From contig QZKA01000024.1 of NCBI GenBank assembly GCA_003598135.1, positions 619 to 64,618 of the forward strand: a stretch of DNA of 64,000 nucleotides, given 5' to 3'. The stretch comes from Candidatus Omnitrophota bacterium (GTDB taxonomy: Bacteria; Omnitrophota; Gorgyraeia; Gygaellales; Profunditerraquicolaceae). Each line of letters starts with the position of its first letter. Position 1 is the stretch's first letter. This document shows positions 37,821 to 47,277 of this stretch, one piece after another. Under the pieces are notes generated by a model. It was not told the origin of the DNA. It did not search any database and saw only the letters and a list, made by a program, of their open reading frames with translations. The translations under genes were made by a program, and so were the position numbers.

Positions 37821-38310
37821 TTTTTTTAATCAAAGCGGTAGTAGATTTACCAGGGACAAAGCGTATCGTCTTGACTCTGCCACCATAGCTCTTTACGAAC
37901 TCATTACCGACTATATCCTTCCTTTTCCAGTCTGCGCCTTTTATTAGGACATGCGGCCTGATCATTGTAATTAAAGCAAGGGGTGTATCTTGGCGGAAAG
38001 GAACAACGTAACTTACGCTCTCAAGCGCTGCCACCAGCCTGAGCCTGTCTTTCTGTCCGACTATGGGCCTGTTTTTTCCTTTTATCCTTTTTATCGATGC
38101 GTCACTGTTTATTCCGACGATTAACGCATCGCCCTTGCCCGATGCTTCTTCCAGATATTTTACATGGCCATAATGCATAAGGTCAAAACAGCCGTTGGTA
38201 AATACGATCTTTTTGCCGTTTTTCCGTAAGCGTAACGCTATTCGCTTAAGTATCGCGTAATCAGTAATGACTTTCTTTTCTAACACAGCGCCTGCTCCAC
38301 AAGTTCGCAA
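37801..38310 (-). CDS. D-glycero-beta-D-manno-heptose-1-phosphate adenylyltransferase (RfaE domain II / HldE C-terminal type)
   Basis: KKIVFTNGCFDLMHYGHVKYL...VGINSDASIKRIKG is the cytidylyltransferase fold. Confidence 0.8.
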   Translation of the reverse strand: MRTCGAGAVLEKKVITDYAILKRIALRLRKNGKKIVFTNGCFDLMHYGHVKYLEEASGKGDALIVGINSDASIKRIKGKNRPIVGQKDRLRLVAALESVSYVVPFRQDTPLALITMIRPHVLIKGADWKRKDIVGNEFVKSYGGRVKTIRFVPGKSTTALIKKIARSYA

Positions 38311-38846
38311 ATAATATGGCCTAGGGTGATATGCACTTCCTGGATTCGGGCGGTGTTAGTGGAAGAAATAACCATGGCTGTGTCTGCTAATTTTGCCAAT
38401 TCCCCGCCATCGCCTCCTGTAAATACTACCGTCTTTATCCCCATTTTTTTTGCCTGCTTGATCCCCTGAATCACATTCTTTGCCTTGCCGCTCGTCGAAA
38501 TCCCGATTGCCACATCGTTCACTGAACCCAATGCTTCAATCTGTTTTGCAAACACAATATCGTAACCGTAATCGTTTGCAAGCGCGGTGAGTATTGAGGT
38601 ATTCGTGGTGAGCGCAATAGAAGGCAGCGGCCTGCGGTCTTTTTTAAATCTTCCTACGAGTTCAGCAGCAAGGTGTTGGCTATCGCTGGCAGAGCCACCG
38701 TTTCCGAAAAAAATAACCTTCCCGCCCTTTTTAAGGCATTCGATAACAATATCGGCGATTTCCATAATTTCGGTTATGCCGGTGTGCAGCAGGTCTTCCT
38801 TTACTTGGATGCTCTCAAGGAGAGAATCTTTAATTATATCCCTCAT
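38280..38846 (-). CDS. gmhA: phosphoheptose isomerase (sedoheptulose-7-phosphate isomerase)
   Basis: SIS domain: FFGNGGSASDSQHLAAEL...GISTSG. Confidence 0.85.
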   Translation of the reverse strand: MRDIIKDSLLESIQVKEDLLHTGITEIMEIADIVIECLKKGGKVIFFGNGGSASDSQHLAAELVGRFKKDRRPLPSIALTTNTSILTALANDYGYDIVFAKQIEALGSVNDVAIGISTSGKAKNVIQGIKQAKKMGIKTVVFTGGDGGELAKLADTAMVISSTNTARIQEVHITLGHIICELVEQALC

Positions 38847-38859
38847 ACTCCACCCCGCG

Positions 38860-39888
38860 TTAACCAAAGAATACTTTGGCTATTTCATATATTTCTTCAT
38901 CCACCGTTTTTAACTCTTTTACGGCTTCTTCCAGGGAAACATCAATAACCTTATTGCCTTGCAGCGCAACCATTCTGCCGAATTTTTTGTGCAAGACAAG
39001 TTCGACGGCCTTAACGCCGAAACGGGTACCCAAGATCCTGTCGAATGCGGTCGGAGAACCGCCTCTTTGAATATGCCCCAGGACGCTGACGCGCGTCTCG
39101 TATCCTATCCTCTTTTCGATTTCTTTGCCCAAGATCTCTCCGATACCGCCAAGCCTGACGTGGCCGAACTCATCCAGCTTCTCTTCCTGCAGCACCATAC
39201 TTCTTGACTTAAACTGGGCACCTTCAGCAACCACGACGATGCTGAAATTCTTTCCCCGCCCATGCCTTTTTTTAATGAGCGCACAGACCTCGTCCATATC
39301 GATCGGAATTTCAGGTATCAGTATCACATCTGCCCCTCCCGCAAGACCCGATTCAATCGCAATCCAGCCGGCATGCCTGCCCATAACCTCAACGACTATG
39401 ATACGATGGTGGCTTTCAGCGGTAGTATGCAGCTTATCAATACACTCCATAGCCGTATTAATTGCGGTGTCAAAACCAAATGTATAATCGGTGCAGGAAA
39501 GATCGTTATCTATCGTTTTCGGTACGCCGACAATATTGGGAATTTCGTCTTTAATCAATTTAGACGCAACGCCAAGCGTATCTTCTCCTCCGACTGCAAT
39601 CAGCGCATGCAAACCGAGCTTTGAGAAATTCTCTTTTGTTTTTTCTCTTCCGCCTTCTTTCTTGTATGGATTTGTCCGGCTCGTACCGAGAATTGTACCC
39701 CCTTTAGGCAAGATGCCTGAAACGGTATTGAGGGTAAGCGGGATGGTGTCGTTATCAATGAGCCCCTTCCATCCGTTCTTTATCCCCACCACTTCGCAGC
39801 CCGATACGTTTGCCTTTCTTACTACAGCCCGAATCACAGGATTAAGGCCCGGACAATCTCCGCCGCCAGTCAAAATACCTATCTTCAT
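38860..39888 (-). CDS. pfkA: 6-phosphofructokinase
   Basis: MKIGILTGGGDCPGLN...GGEDTLGVA...MGRHAGW. Confidence 0.88.
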   Translation of the reverse strand: MKIGILTGGGDCPGLNPVIRAVVRKANVSGCEVVGIKNGWKGLIDNDTIPLTLNTVSGILPKGGTILGTSRTNPYKKEGGREKTKENFSKLGLHALIAVGGEDTLGVASKLIKDEIPNIVGVPKTIDNDLSCTDYTFGFDTAINTAMECIDKLHTTAESHHRIIVVEVMGRHAGWIAIESGLAGGADVILIPEIPIDMDEVCALIKKRHGRGKNFSIVVVAEGAQFKSRSMVLQEEKLDEFGHVRLGGIGEILGKEIEKRIGYETRVSVLGHIQRGGSPTAFDRILGTRFGVKAVELVLHKKFGRMVALQGNKVIDVSLEEAVKELKTVDEEIYEIAKVFFG

Positions 39889-39901
39889 TTCCTGTTACCT
39901 C

Positions 39902-40516
39902 CTACTTGTTAAACGTTGTGTAACCGCCATAGGGGACAGAGGGGATTTGCTGCTCAATTTGCCCTCTTCTTTTGTCCTTTTCTTCCTTTGTGATTATTTT
40001 TGCGATATGGATCTTAATTACGATAGCCTCCTCGATCCCTAGAACCTCCTGGATTCTCGTTTTGGTCACATCCTGAAGCCTTGAGGTCAATTCAGGCAAG
40101 TTGGCTTCGGTACGCAAAACTACCCGCATGTGCACGATTATTCCTTTTTTAGTCGCGATTACGTCAGGCTTAAGTTCCTTGATTTCAGGAAATACGAATG
40201 CAAGCTGTCTGATAAGGTCCTCAACTGCCGAAAGAGAAATAGTCACTTCTCCGGTCGAAGTCGCAAACGCGATAGTTTTTTCCCGCTGAAAACGGCCCAG
40301 TATAAGCTGTGCAAAGGAATAACTGATAATGATAAGCAGGCCGCCGGATAACCCGAGCAGGATGCGGTAATTCGTATTATACTGTGTAATTTCCAGCAAT
40401 CGGATTATATCGACGGGTGCAAGTACGTTAAAAGAAAATACTATCATACCGAGCCCTATAAAGATCAACACGATCATGTAAAACGATATGCCCACAACGG
40501 TAAGGAATCTCATCAT
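39902..40516 (-). CDS. Asp23-anchoring membrane protein (AmaP-like)
   Basis: Two N-terminal TM helices, and the gene sits immediately upstream of an asp23 gene. Confidence 0.55.
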   Translation of the reverse strand: MMRFLTVVGISFYMIVLIFIGLGMIVFSFNVLAPVDIIRLLEITQYNTNYRILLGLSGGLLIIISYSFAQLILGRFQREKTIAFATSTGEVTISLSAVEDLIRQLAFVFPEIKELKPDVIATKKGIIVHMRVVLRTEANLPELTSRLQDVTKTRIQEVLGIEEAIVIKIHIAKIITKEEKDKRRGQIEQQIPSVPYGGYTTFNK

Positions 40517-40872
40517 TGCCCCCTTTCTATGCCTACAATACTGACATTGATATCGATTATCGAGAGGTTCGTCATTTTGTCTACCGCGGCACTGACATTT
40601 TCCTGGACCTTACTGGCGATGTCGGGAATATTAAAACCGTATTTTACTATCAACGGGATCTCAATGCGCACATCGCTATTTTTATCTATCTCTACCCTTA
40701 TTCCGGAATTCTTATGCCTAAAACCAATTAATTCAAAAAGATTTGTTTTCATATTCCTGCCGATGCCGTTTACGCCTTCGATTTCTTCAGCCGCAAGATA
40801 GGCAATAGAAGCAATTACGTTTTTATGGATGTTGACTGCGCCAAGCCCTGTTGCTGAATCATCCTTAGTCAT
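40513..40872 (-). CDS. Asp23/Gls24 family alkaline-shock protein
   Basis: 119 aa with the characteristic IASIAYLAAEEIEGV core. Confidence 0.75.
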   Translation of the reverse strand: MTKDDSATGLGAVNIHKNVIASIAYLAAEEIEGVNGIGRNMKTNLFELIGFRHKNSGIRVEIDKNSDVRIEIPLIVKYGFNIPDIASKVQENVSAAVDKMTNLSIIDINVSIVGIERGQ

Positions 40873-42236
40873 TATCCCTCCTTTGCCTGTTCTTCTTCTC
40901 CGAGCATCTCATTAACGAAATGCGTAGAGAACTCGCCTTTTGCAAAAAGGGAGTTCGAAAGAAGCTGTATGTGAAATGGTATTGTAGTTTTGATCGGCTC
41001 AATCTTGAATTCACTCAGCGCCCTCTGCATAATCCTTAAAGCCTCGTTACGGTCTTTGCCATGAGCGATTATCTTTGCGACTAATGAGTCGTAGTATGGG
41101 GAGATTTCATACCCCTGGTAAATATGGGTATCGATCCGGATCCCCGGGCCTCCGGGAAGGATAAGCGTCTCGATCTTACCGGGACAGGGAATAAAACCGT
41201 TTCGGAAATCTTCGGCGTTTATGCGGCATTCAATCGCTGCGCCGTTAAGATGGATGTCGCTTTGCTTAAAAGACAATCTTGTGCGGGCAGCAACTAAAAT
41301 CTGCTGCTTAATCAAGTCGATACCGCTAACCATTTCGGTAACGGGATGCTCAACCTGAATGCGCGTGTTCATTTCCATAAAATATACGTTTTTCTCCTGA
41401 TCAAGCAAAAACTCTATGGTGCCTGCGCCGACATAATCAAAGGATTTCGCGGCTTTTATCGCCATATCTCCCAGCCGCTTGCGTAATTTAGAATCAACGA
41501 TAGGCGAAGGCGACTCTTCGAGTAGTTTCTGGTGCCTGCGCTGAATACTACAATCCCTCTCGCCAAGATAGAGGTGATGACCGTAGGTATCGCTTAAAAT
41601 CTGCACTTCTATGTGGCGGGGCTTATCGATATATTTTTCGATATAGACGTTTGGGTTGCCGAAGTTGGCTTCTGCCTCTGCCTGTGCAGTCATGAAACTG
41701 CTCACAAGTTTTATCTCGTTATGGCATATTCTCATTCCTTTACCGCCGCCCCCTGCAGAGGCCTTTATAATCACGGGGTATTTGATGCGGTTTGCCGTTT
41801 TAATCGCTTCGTCTTTATTCTTAATAACTGAAGTGCTTCCCGGAACTATGGGAAGCCCGATTTTTTGCATTGTCGTACGCGCCGCCATTTTATCACCCAT
41901 AAGCTTGATATTTTCAGGGGTCGGGCCGATAAAAGTAATATGGCAGGACTCGCAGATCTCCGCAAAATGAGCGTTTTCGGCAAGAAAACCGTATCCGGGG
42001 TGTATTGCCTCAACATCGGTAATCTCTGCGGCGCTGATAACGGCAGGAATATTAAGGTAGCTTGAACTACTTTGGGCTCGACCGATACAGATAGCTTCAT
42101 CAGCCATTTGTACGTGCAGAGAACTCGCATCGGCCTGGGAATACACCGCGACCGTTCTGATTCCCATTTCTTTACACGCACGGATTATGCGTAAGGCGAT
42201 TTCGCCGCGGTTTGCGATAAGAATTTTGGAAAACAT
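40872..42236 (-). CDS. accC: acetyl-CoA carboxylase, biotin carboxylase subunit
   Basis: ATP-grasp biotin carboxylase: MFSKILIANRGEIALRIIRAC... Confidence 0.9.
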   Translation of the reverse strand: MFSKILIANRGEIALRIIRACKEMGIRTVAVYSQADASSLHVQMADEAICIGRAQSSSSYLNIPAVISAAEITDVEAIHPGYGFLAENAHFAEICESCHITFIGPTPENIKLMGDKMAARTTMQKIGLPIVPGSTSVIKNKDEAIKTANRIKYPVIIKASAGGGGKGMRICHNEIKLVSSFMTAQAEAEANFGNPNVYIEKYIDKPRHIEVQILSDTYGHHLYLGERDCSIQRRHQKLLEESPSPIVDSKLRKRLGDMAIKAAKSFDYVGAGTIEFLLDQEKNVYFMEMNTRIQVEHPVTEMVSGIDLIKQQILVAARTRLSFKQSDIHLNGAAIECRINAEDFRNGFIPCPGKIETLILPGGPGIRIDTHIYQGYEISPYYDSLVAKIIAHGKDRNEALRIMQRALSEFKIEPIKTTIPFHIQLLSNSLFAKGEFSTHFVNEMLGEEEQAKEG

Positions 42237-42246
42237 TTATCTAGAA

Positions 42247-42699
42247 TTAAAGAGGTTCGACAATAAACATGGACTGCCCGAATTCAACTGGCTCAGCATT
42301 TTCGACTAAAATCTCAACAATCCTGCCCTTGATTTCGGATTTAATCTCGTTCATAAGCTTCATCGCTTCGATGATACAAAGCACCTGCCCTGCCTCAATG
42401 ACCTGCCCTATTTCAATGTAAGGCGGGGCTTCCGGGGCAGGAGCACGGTAGAAAGTACCGACCATCGGCGCCTTTATTTCAACATTTTTTGAGGACACTT
42501 CCTTGGCGGGCTCAGAGGTAAAAGAGGCTTTTGCGGATGGTGCTGTTTCCCTCTCTATGACTATCGGCCCGCTTACGCCCTCCATCCCAGAGCCTGTTTT
42601 TTTCAGCCTTATACGCATACCGTCCTTTTCGATTTCAAGCTCGACAAGGCCGTTTTCATTCATGAGGTTGATCATCTCTTTGATTTCTTTGATATTCAT
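42247..42699 (-). CDS. accB: biotin carboxyl carrier protein
   Basis: Biotinylation motif EAMKLMNEI within a C-terminal lipoyl-like domain. Confidence 0.88.
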   Translation of the reverse strand: MNIKEIKEMINLMNENGLVELEIEKDGMRIRLKKTGSGMEGVSGPIVIERETAPSAKASFTSEPAKEVSSKNVEIKAPMVGTFYRAPAPEAPPYIEIGQVIEAGQVLCIIEAMKLMNEIKSEIKGRIVEILVENAEPVEFGQSMFIVEPL

Positions 42700-42712
42700 G
42701 TATGCTCTCCCG

Positions 42713-43276
42713 TTAATATACCCTTTCTACATACCCGCCGGTCCTCGTATCAATTTTTATCTTGTCGCCACTATTAACGAATAGAGGAACCTGTACCGTA
42801 GCCCCGGTTTCAATAGTGGCAGGCTTTGTGCCACTCTTTGCTGTATCGCCTTTAATGCCGGGTTCAGTATGTGTGATCGCAAAATGGATAAAATTAGGAA
42901 GGCTGATATTGAGGATATCGTCTTTGTAAGAATAGGCGACTACCTCCAGATTGTCTTTTAAATATTTTGTTTGGTCGCCAAGAACAGGAGCAGGAATTGC
43001 TACTTCATCGTAAGTTTCCTGGTCCATGAAGTGGTATATGCCAGAAGAGGCATATTGAAACTGAAGTTTACGTTCATCAACGTATGCGCTTTCTATCTTT
43101 TCATCGCCACGGTACGTCTTCTCAAGGACGTTACCGCTTTTCATATTCCTTACCCTGGTCCTTACGAACGCCGCACCTTTACCTGGTTTGACGTGTTGGA
43201 AATCAATCACCTGATACACATCGTTATCCACCAGAATAGTTAACCCCGATTTGATTTCGTTGATTGAGAGAGCCAC
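42713..43276 (-). CDS. efp: elongation factor P
   Basis: Three OB-like domains, with KPGKGAAFVRTRVRN. Confidence 0.88.
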   Translation of the reverse strand: MALSINEIKSGLTILVDNDVYQVIDFQHVKPGKGAAFVRTRVRNMKSGNVLEKTYRGDEKIESAYVDERKLQFQYASSGIYHFMDQETYDEVAIPAPVLGDQTKYLKDNLEVVAYSYKDDILNISLPNFIHFAITHTEPGIKGDTAKSGTKPATIETGATVQVPLFVNSGDKIKIDTRTGGYVERVY

Positions 43277-44316
43277 TAGAGTACCTCAACTCCTTTCGCA
43301 GTCACCAGTACCATATCTTCAATCCTTATGCCGTATTTGCCGTAAAGGTATATTCCCGGCTCAACCGTAAAAACCATACCTTGGCGGATCAGCTCATTGC
43401 TCTTTTTAGATATTCGGGGGTCTTCGTGGACTTCTAGGCCAACGCCGTGGCCTACGCTATGACCAAAAAACCCGCCAAATCCACAACGGGCTATATACTG
43501 GCGGGCTGTTGCGTCAATTACCTTGGCCGAAGTCCCGGGTTTTATTTTACTTATTGCGCTCTTTTGAGCCCGAAGCACAATCTCGTAAGTCTTTTTTACA
43601 GCGTTACTTATTTTACCGGAGTTAAAAACCCTTGTCAAGTCAGATTTATACCCTTGATAATCAACCCCCATATCAATCAAGACGGGTTCGTTCTTTTCAA
43701 TCCTTTTCATAGAGGTAATGTGATGCGGAAAGGCAGAATTTTTGCCGGAGGCGACAATAACAGGAAACGCAGCTGCCCATGCACCGTGGAACCGCACAAA
43801 CCTTTCAAGCTCGGCGGCAACCTCTATCTCCCTCCTACCCGGCACGATCAGCCCTTGCGCAAAATACATCGCTTTTTTAGCGATATCGACCGCCCGTTTT
43901 ATCAGAGCGATCTCATCTTCTGCTTTGATGGAACGCAATTCTTCGATAAGGTGTGTTTTTGGAACCAGCGTTACTTTTCTACCTAGCCGTTTTCGCATCA
44001 GCGCATACGCAGAGTAACTGATGTGGCGCCCCTCAAAACCAACCCGCTTCAGGCCAAGCCGCAGGCATTCTTTTGCTGCCAATTCAACCAGAGAACCACT
44101 GTACGTTTTTACCAAAAAACCGTTGGTTCGGTCCTTAAGTTCTTCGGAATACCTGGTATCGGTCAGAAATAAGCTCTTTCCTGAAGTGATTAAAAGGTAG
44201 GTGTCCCGGCAGGGATATCCTGCTGCGTACGAAACGTTCGCGGAGGAAAAAAGCACAATTCCGTCAAGACGGTCTGTGCATAGCTTCCGCTTAATCTGCG
44301 CCAGCCTTGCATTCAT
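43276..44316 (-). CDS. pepP: Xaa-Pro aminopeptidase (M24B)
   Basis: Creatinase N-domain and M24 metal ligands (HGVGHGVGLEVHE). Confidence 0.85.
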   Translation of the reverse strand: MNARLAQIKRKLCTDRLDGIVLFSSANVSYAAGYPCRDTYLLITSGKSLFLTDTRYSEELKDRTNGFLVKTYSGSLVELAAKECLRLGLKRVGFEGRHISYSAYALMRKRLGRKVTLVPKTHLIEELRSIKAEDEIALIKRAVDIAKKAMYFAQGLIVPGRREIEVAAELERFVRFHGAWAAAFPVIVASGKNSAFPHHITSMKRIEKNEPVLIDMGVDYQGYKSDLTRVFNSGKISNAVKKTYEIVLRAQKSAISKIKPGTSAKVIDATARQYIARCGFGGFFGHSVGHGVGLEVHEDPRISKKSNELIRQGMVFTVEPGIYLYGKYGIRIEDMVLVTAKGVEVL

Positions 44317-44319
44317 TGT

Positions 44320-44760
44320 CTATGTAAGGAGATTACACAAGGCCTCAAGCCCCAAGACGTAGCTTTTAGGCCCAAAACCCATAACCGTACCTTTTACCAC
44401 CGGGCTGATGAGAGACTTATGCCTGAATTCCTCTCTTGTGTAAATATTTGAAAGGTGTACTTCAACGGAAGGAACTTGAGCTGCGGCAATCGCGTCTCTG
44501 ATTGCCACGCTTGTGTGTGTATATGCTGCGGGGTTGATAAGCAGCCCCTGAAAAACACCTTTGCTCTTACAAATAAGATCCACGATTTCACCTTCGTGGT
44601 TGGATTGCGCAATAACCAGCCTGACTTTCCTCTTTTTTGCATAACCCTTGAGGCTTCGGTTTATTTGTACCAAAGTAGTCTTGCCGTAAACCTGCGGCTC
44701 GCGTGTACCCAAAAGCTTGAGGTTCGGACCGTGGATAACCAATATTTTTTTAATCTTCAT
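44320..44760 (-). CDS. aroQ: 3-dehydroquinate dehydratase, type II
   Basis: [17 protein letters not shown]...[15 protein letters not shown]. Confidence 0.88.
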   Translation of the reverse strand: MKIKKILVIHGPNLKLLGTREPQVYGKTTLVQINRSLKGYAKKRKVRLVIAQSNHEGEIVDLICKSKGVFQGLLINPAAYTHTSVAIRDAIAAAQVPSVEVHLSNIYTREEFRHKSLISPVVKGTVMGFGPKSYVLGLEALCNLLT

Positions 44761-44939
44761 TTATCCGCCTCGCCTATTAACATAACTGGTATACCGTTTA
44801 CGATGGAATACTTTTTCCCGCACTTTTTGCAGACAATTTTCGCCTTAACCATACCCACATCCGACTTGCAATCAGGACAGGAAAGGATATCAAGCAACAA
44901 ATTGTCAGCTACTGTTTTATTTTTTTGTTTTTTCGACAT
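44757..44939 (-). CDS. Trm112/YcaR-like zinc-ribbon protein
   Basis: [10 protein letters not shown]...[18 protein letters not shown]. The start could equally be 44957 or 44993. Confidence 0.6.
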   Translation of the reverse strand: MSKKQKNKTVADNLLLDILSCPDCKSDVGMVKAKIVCKKCGKKYSIVNGIPVMLIGEADK

Positions 44940-45255
44940 ACTGCATTTTAAGCTCATAGAGCACATTTTCAAAAAACGTGCCTTCTTCCTCATTTAAATT
45001 CCCTTTGGTTTTTTCCCTCAGCATATCAAGCGTATCGATGATAAATTTTGCCTGACTTAAGTCTTCTTCCTTCTGATTTGTCACAGGGTTTTCAATCAAG
45101 CCAAGAAAAATCGAAGCCTGCAGGGAAAGGGTAGAAACAAAGAATTTGAAATCCGGGATAGGCGGTATAAACTCCTTCTCCTGCCCGCCTTGAGTTTTTT
45201 CCTTATCTACGTTCTCTTTCCATTCATTATCAATGTGTTTATTTTTTTCTTCCAT
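44917..45255 (-). CDS. DUF1844 domain protein
   Basis: DFKFFVSTLSLQASIFLGLIENP. The start is at MEEKN. Confidence 0.6.
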   Translation of the reverse strand: MEEKNKHIDNEWKENVDKEKTQGGQEKEFIPPIPDFKFFVSTLSLQASIFLGLIENPVTNQKEEDLSQAKFIIDTLDMLREKTKGNLNEEEGTFFENVLYELKMQYVEKTKK

Positions 45256-45287
45256 CGCTATCCTACCTCGTTTAAAATGACGCTCGG

Positions 45288-46106
45288 TTAATAAATAATC
45301 ATCCCCGCATAACCAACTACGCTGCTTGTGTCTTTGCTCACTTCTGCGCTGGTTTGATACTTGACAAGACTGCCTGAAGATGCCCCTAGTGTTTTTGCTG
45401 CAGAGAGCATAACGGCAACTGCGGCATAACCGCACATCGAAATGCCCTGCGCTGCAATATTTTCAAAGAGGGCATCTTCATTTAATGCAAGTATCGCTTC
45501 AATCGCTAGCCTGTCCTTCTTCTCTGCGTGCTCCAGAGGCTCATAGTGCGTCATGTCAGTGCTCGCAGCTATCACAACTGAATCCTTTGCTCCGCAGGAA
45601 ATAATTGCCTGGGCAATTTCTTTGCCGATACGTTTTAAAAGCGCGAGCTCGCCGGAAAAGACCGCTATGGGCACAATCTCAAAAGACATCTTAAAATACT
45701 GCAAAATAGGAAGTTCAACTTCCAGGGAATGCTCATACCTATGCGCAAGCGTATCTTCTTTCAGGCTTGGCGAATGAGACGCCATTTGTTTGGCAAGATC
45801 AGAATTAATCCGCACATCGCCCATCGGGGTCTGCCATACCCCTTCAGTCATTATGCTGAATTCTTCTCCGTAGCCGGAATGATTAGGGCCTATCAATATC
45901 ACGGTATCCTTGATCTTCATTGACGAGACCGTTTCAACGGCAACCCTGCCTGAATACACGTATCCTGCGTGTGGTAATACACAAGCGATCACGTCTTTGT
46001 TGGCAGGCTCTTTGACAATAAAACTGGCAATCAGCCTTTTTAACTCCTGTTCCGAAGAAGGGTAGAATTGCCCTGCAACCGCAGGCTTACGAATTCCGCC
46101 GGCCAC
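45288..46106 (-). CDS. amrB: AmmeMemoRadiSam system protein B (MEMO1-like dioxygenase-fold protein)
   Basis: KPAVAGQFYP and LPHAGYVYSG. No AMMECR1 partner (amrA) lies adjacent. Confidence 0.8.
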   Translation of the reverse strand: MAGGIRKPAVAGQFYPSSEQELKRLIASFIVKEPANKDVIACVLPHAGYVYSGRVAVETVSSMKIKDTVILIGPNHSGYGEEFSIMTEGVWQTPMGDVRINSDLAKQMASHSPSLKEDTLAHRYEHSLEVELPILQYFKMSFEIVPIAVFSGELALLKRIGKEIAQAIISCGAKDSVVIAASTDMTHYEPLEHAEKKDRLAIEAILALNEDALFENIAAQGISMCGYAAVAVMLSAAKTLGASSGSLVKYQTSAEVSKDTSSVVGYAGMIIY

Positions 46107-47013
46107 TAGATAACCTTTCGTTTATAATCGTTTTACTGGCTTTTAGTTCGCGCGCGCTTGAGTTACGGTGTGCCTCAATTATTTTAATAGTAGTTTCTTT
46201 AAGAAACCCGTTAAGGATACTAAAGTCAAAAGTGCCTGTCCCTGGCGCCTTGTGGTCATTGCATCCAGCCAGATCATGCAAGTGTACGCCGATAAGAGGC
46301 TTTTTAAAATTCACAATATAATCGTTATGACTAAGAAATCCCAAATTTTCCATTACCTGCGCATGGCCGGTATCGTGCCAATAGCGTAAGTTCGAACCCC
46401 TGAATTGCTGAAAGATATGCACGAGTTCTTCAAAGGATGGGATCTCACGGTAATAAAAACGATTCTCAAGCCCCAAAAGAACGTTATTCTCCCCTGCACA
46501 GCGGTTTAATTCCTCTAAGCTTCTAAGCGCGCTCTGCAGGAAAGGCTTACATTTTCTTTCCCTTTCTTTTATCGCTTGGTTCTTTTCTTTTGAAAAGAGT
46601 CGAAAATCCTTTTTGTTGTATAAAGATATGAGTCTCTTTGTCCTATCGGCGATTTCAACCCTTCCGCAATGTAGCACTACGGCTTTGGCACCAAGGCAGG
46701 CCGCAGTAGCAATAGTTCTCTTGGTATAGCGTATGGCAAGGCGCCTTTCCTCCTTATCCAAAGAAGCCAATGAATAACAATCGGGGAGGGCTTTTTCTCT
46801 GGCCAGACAAGCGGGAATGGGACAAAAGTTATGAATACTTAAAATGCGGCAGAGTTTCTTTGCAACGAGCTTTTTAAACCCGTTTACAATAAAAGAGTTG
46901 AGGTTATAGCTCAACTCAAACGTATTAAATCCGAGTACTTCCAACTCTGATGTTATAGCCCCTGCGCAATGGTGGCGATACGCATTCCAGGCAGTCGAAA
47001 CACCCAGGGCCAT
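46087..47013 (-). CDS. xylose-isomerase-like TIM-barrel sugar-phosphate isomerase/epimerase family protein
   Basis: Fold-level resemblance only (MALGVSTAWNAYRHH...LHDLAGCNDHKAPGTGTFDF). Confidence 0.5.
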   Translation of the reverse strand: MALGVSTAWNAYRHHCAGAITSELEVLGFNTFELSYNLNSFIVNGFKKLVAKKLCRILSIHNFCPIPACLAREKALPDCYSLASLDKEERRLAIRYTKRTIATAACLGAKAVVLHCGRVEIADRTKRLISLYNKKDFRLFSKEKNQAIKERERKCKPFLQSALRSLEELNRCAGENNVLLGLENRFYYREIPSFEELVHIFQQFRGSNLRYWHDTGHAQVMENLGFLSHNDYIVNFKKPLIGVHLHDLAGCNDHKAPGTGTFDFSILNGFLKETTIKIIEAHRNSSARELKASKTIINERLSSGRRNS

Positions 47014-47175
47014 TTACCGCCTGCCCTTAGCCTTCCTTCGCTTTCGCTCGCTGGGCTTTTCATAGTGCTTGCGGTCTCTGACTTCCCTTAAAATACCTTC
47101 CTGCTCAATTTGTTTTTTGAAACGGCGCATCGCCGCCTCAAAAGAATCGCCTTTTCTGATCTCAATCTGCGACAT
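47014..47175 (-). CDS. rpsU: 30S ribosomal protein S21
   Basis: The 53-aa ORF was translated by hand from the sequence: MSQIEIRKGDSFEAAMRRFKKQIEQEGILREVRDRKHYEKPSERKRRKAKGRR. At <60 aa it is absent from the ORF track. Confidence 0.85.
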   Translation of the reverse strand: MSQIEIRKGDSFEAAMRRFKKQIEQEGILREVRDRKHYEKPSERKRRKAKGRR

Positions 47176-47277
47176 CTAATCACCATCCTCCTCATCTAGA
47201 ATTTCTTAAACTATATCATTAATTTTAGCTGGAGTCAATCGTTTTAGGAGAAGTATTAATGTAGAAATTCAAAATTC

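Noticed and set aside
43447-43986. 179-aa plus-strand ORF
   Set aside because: Antisense to pepP, whose M24 motifs are unambiguous on the minus strand.
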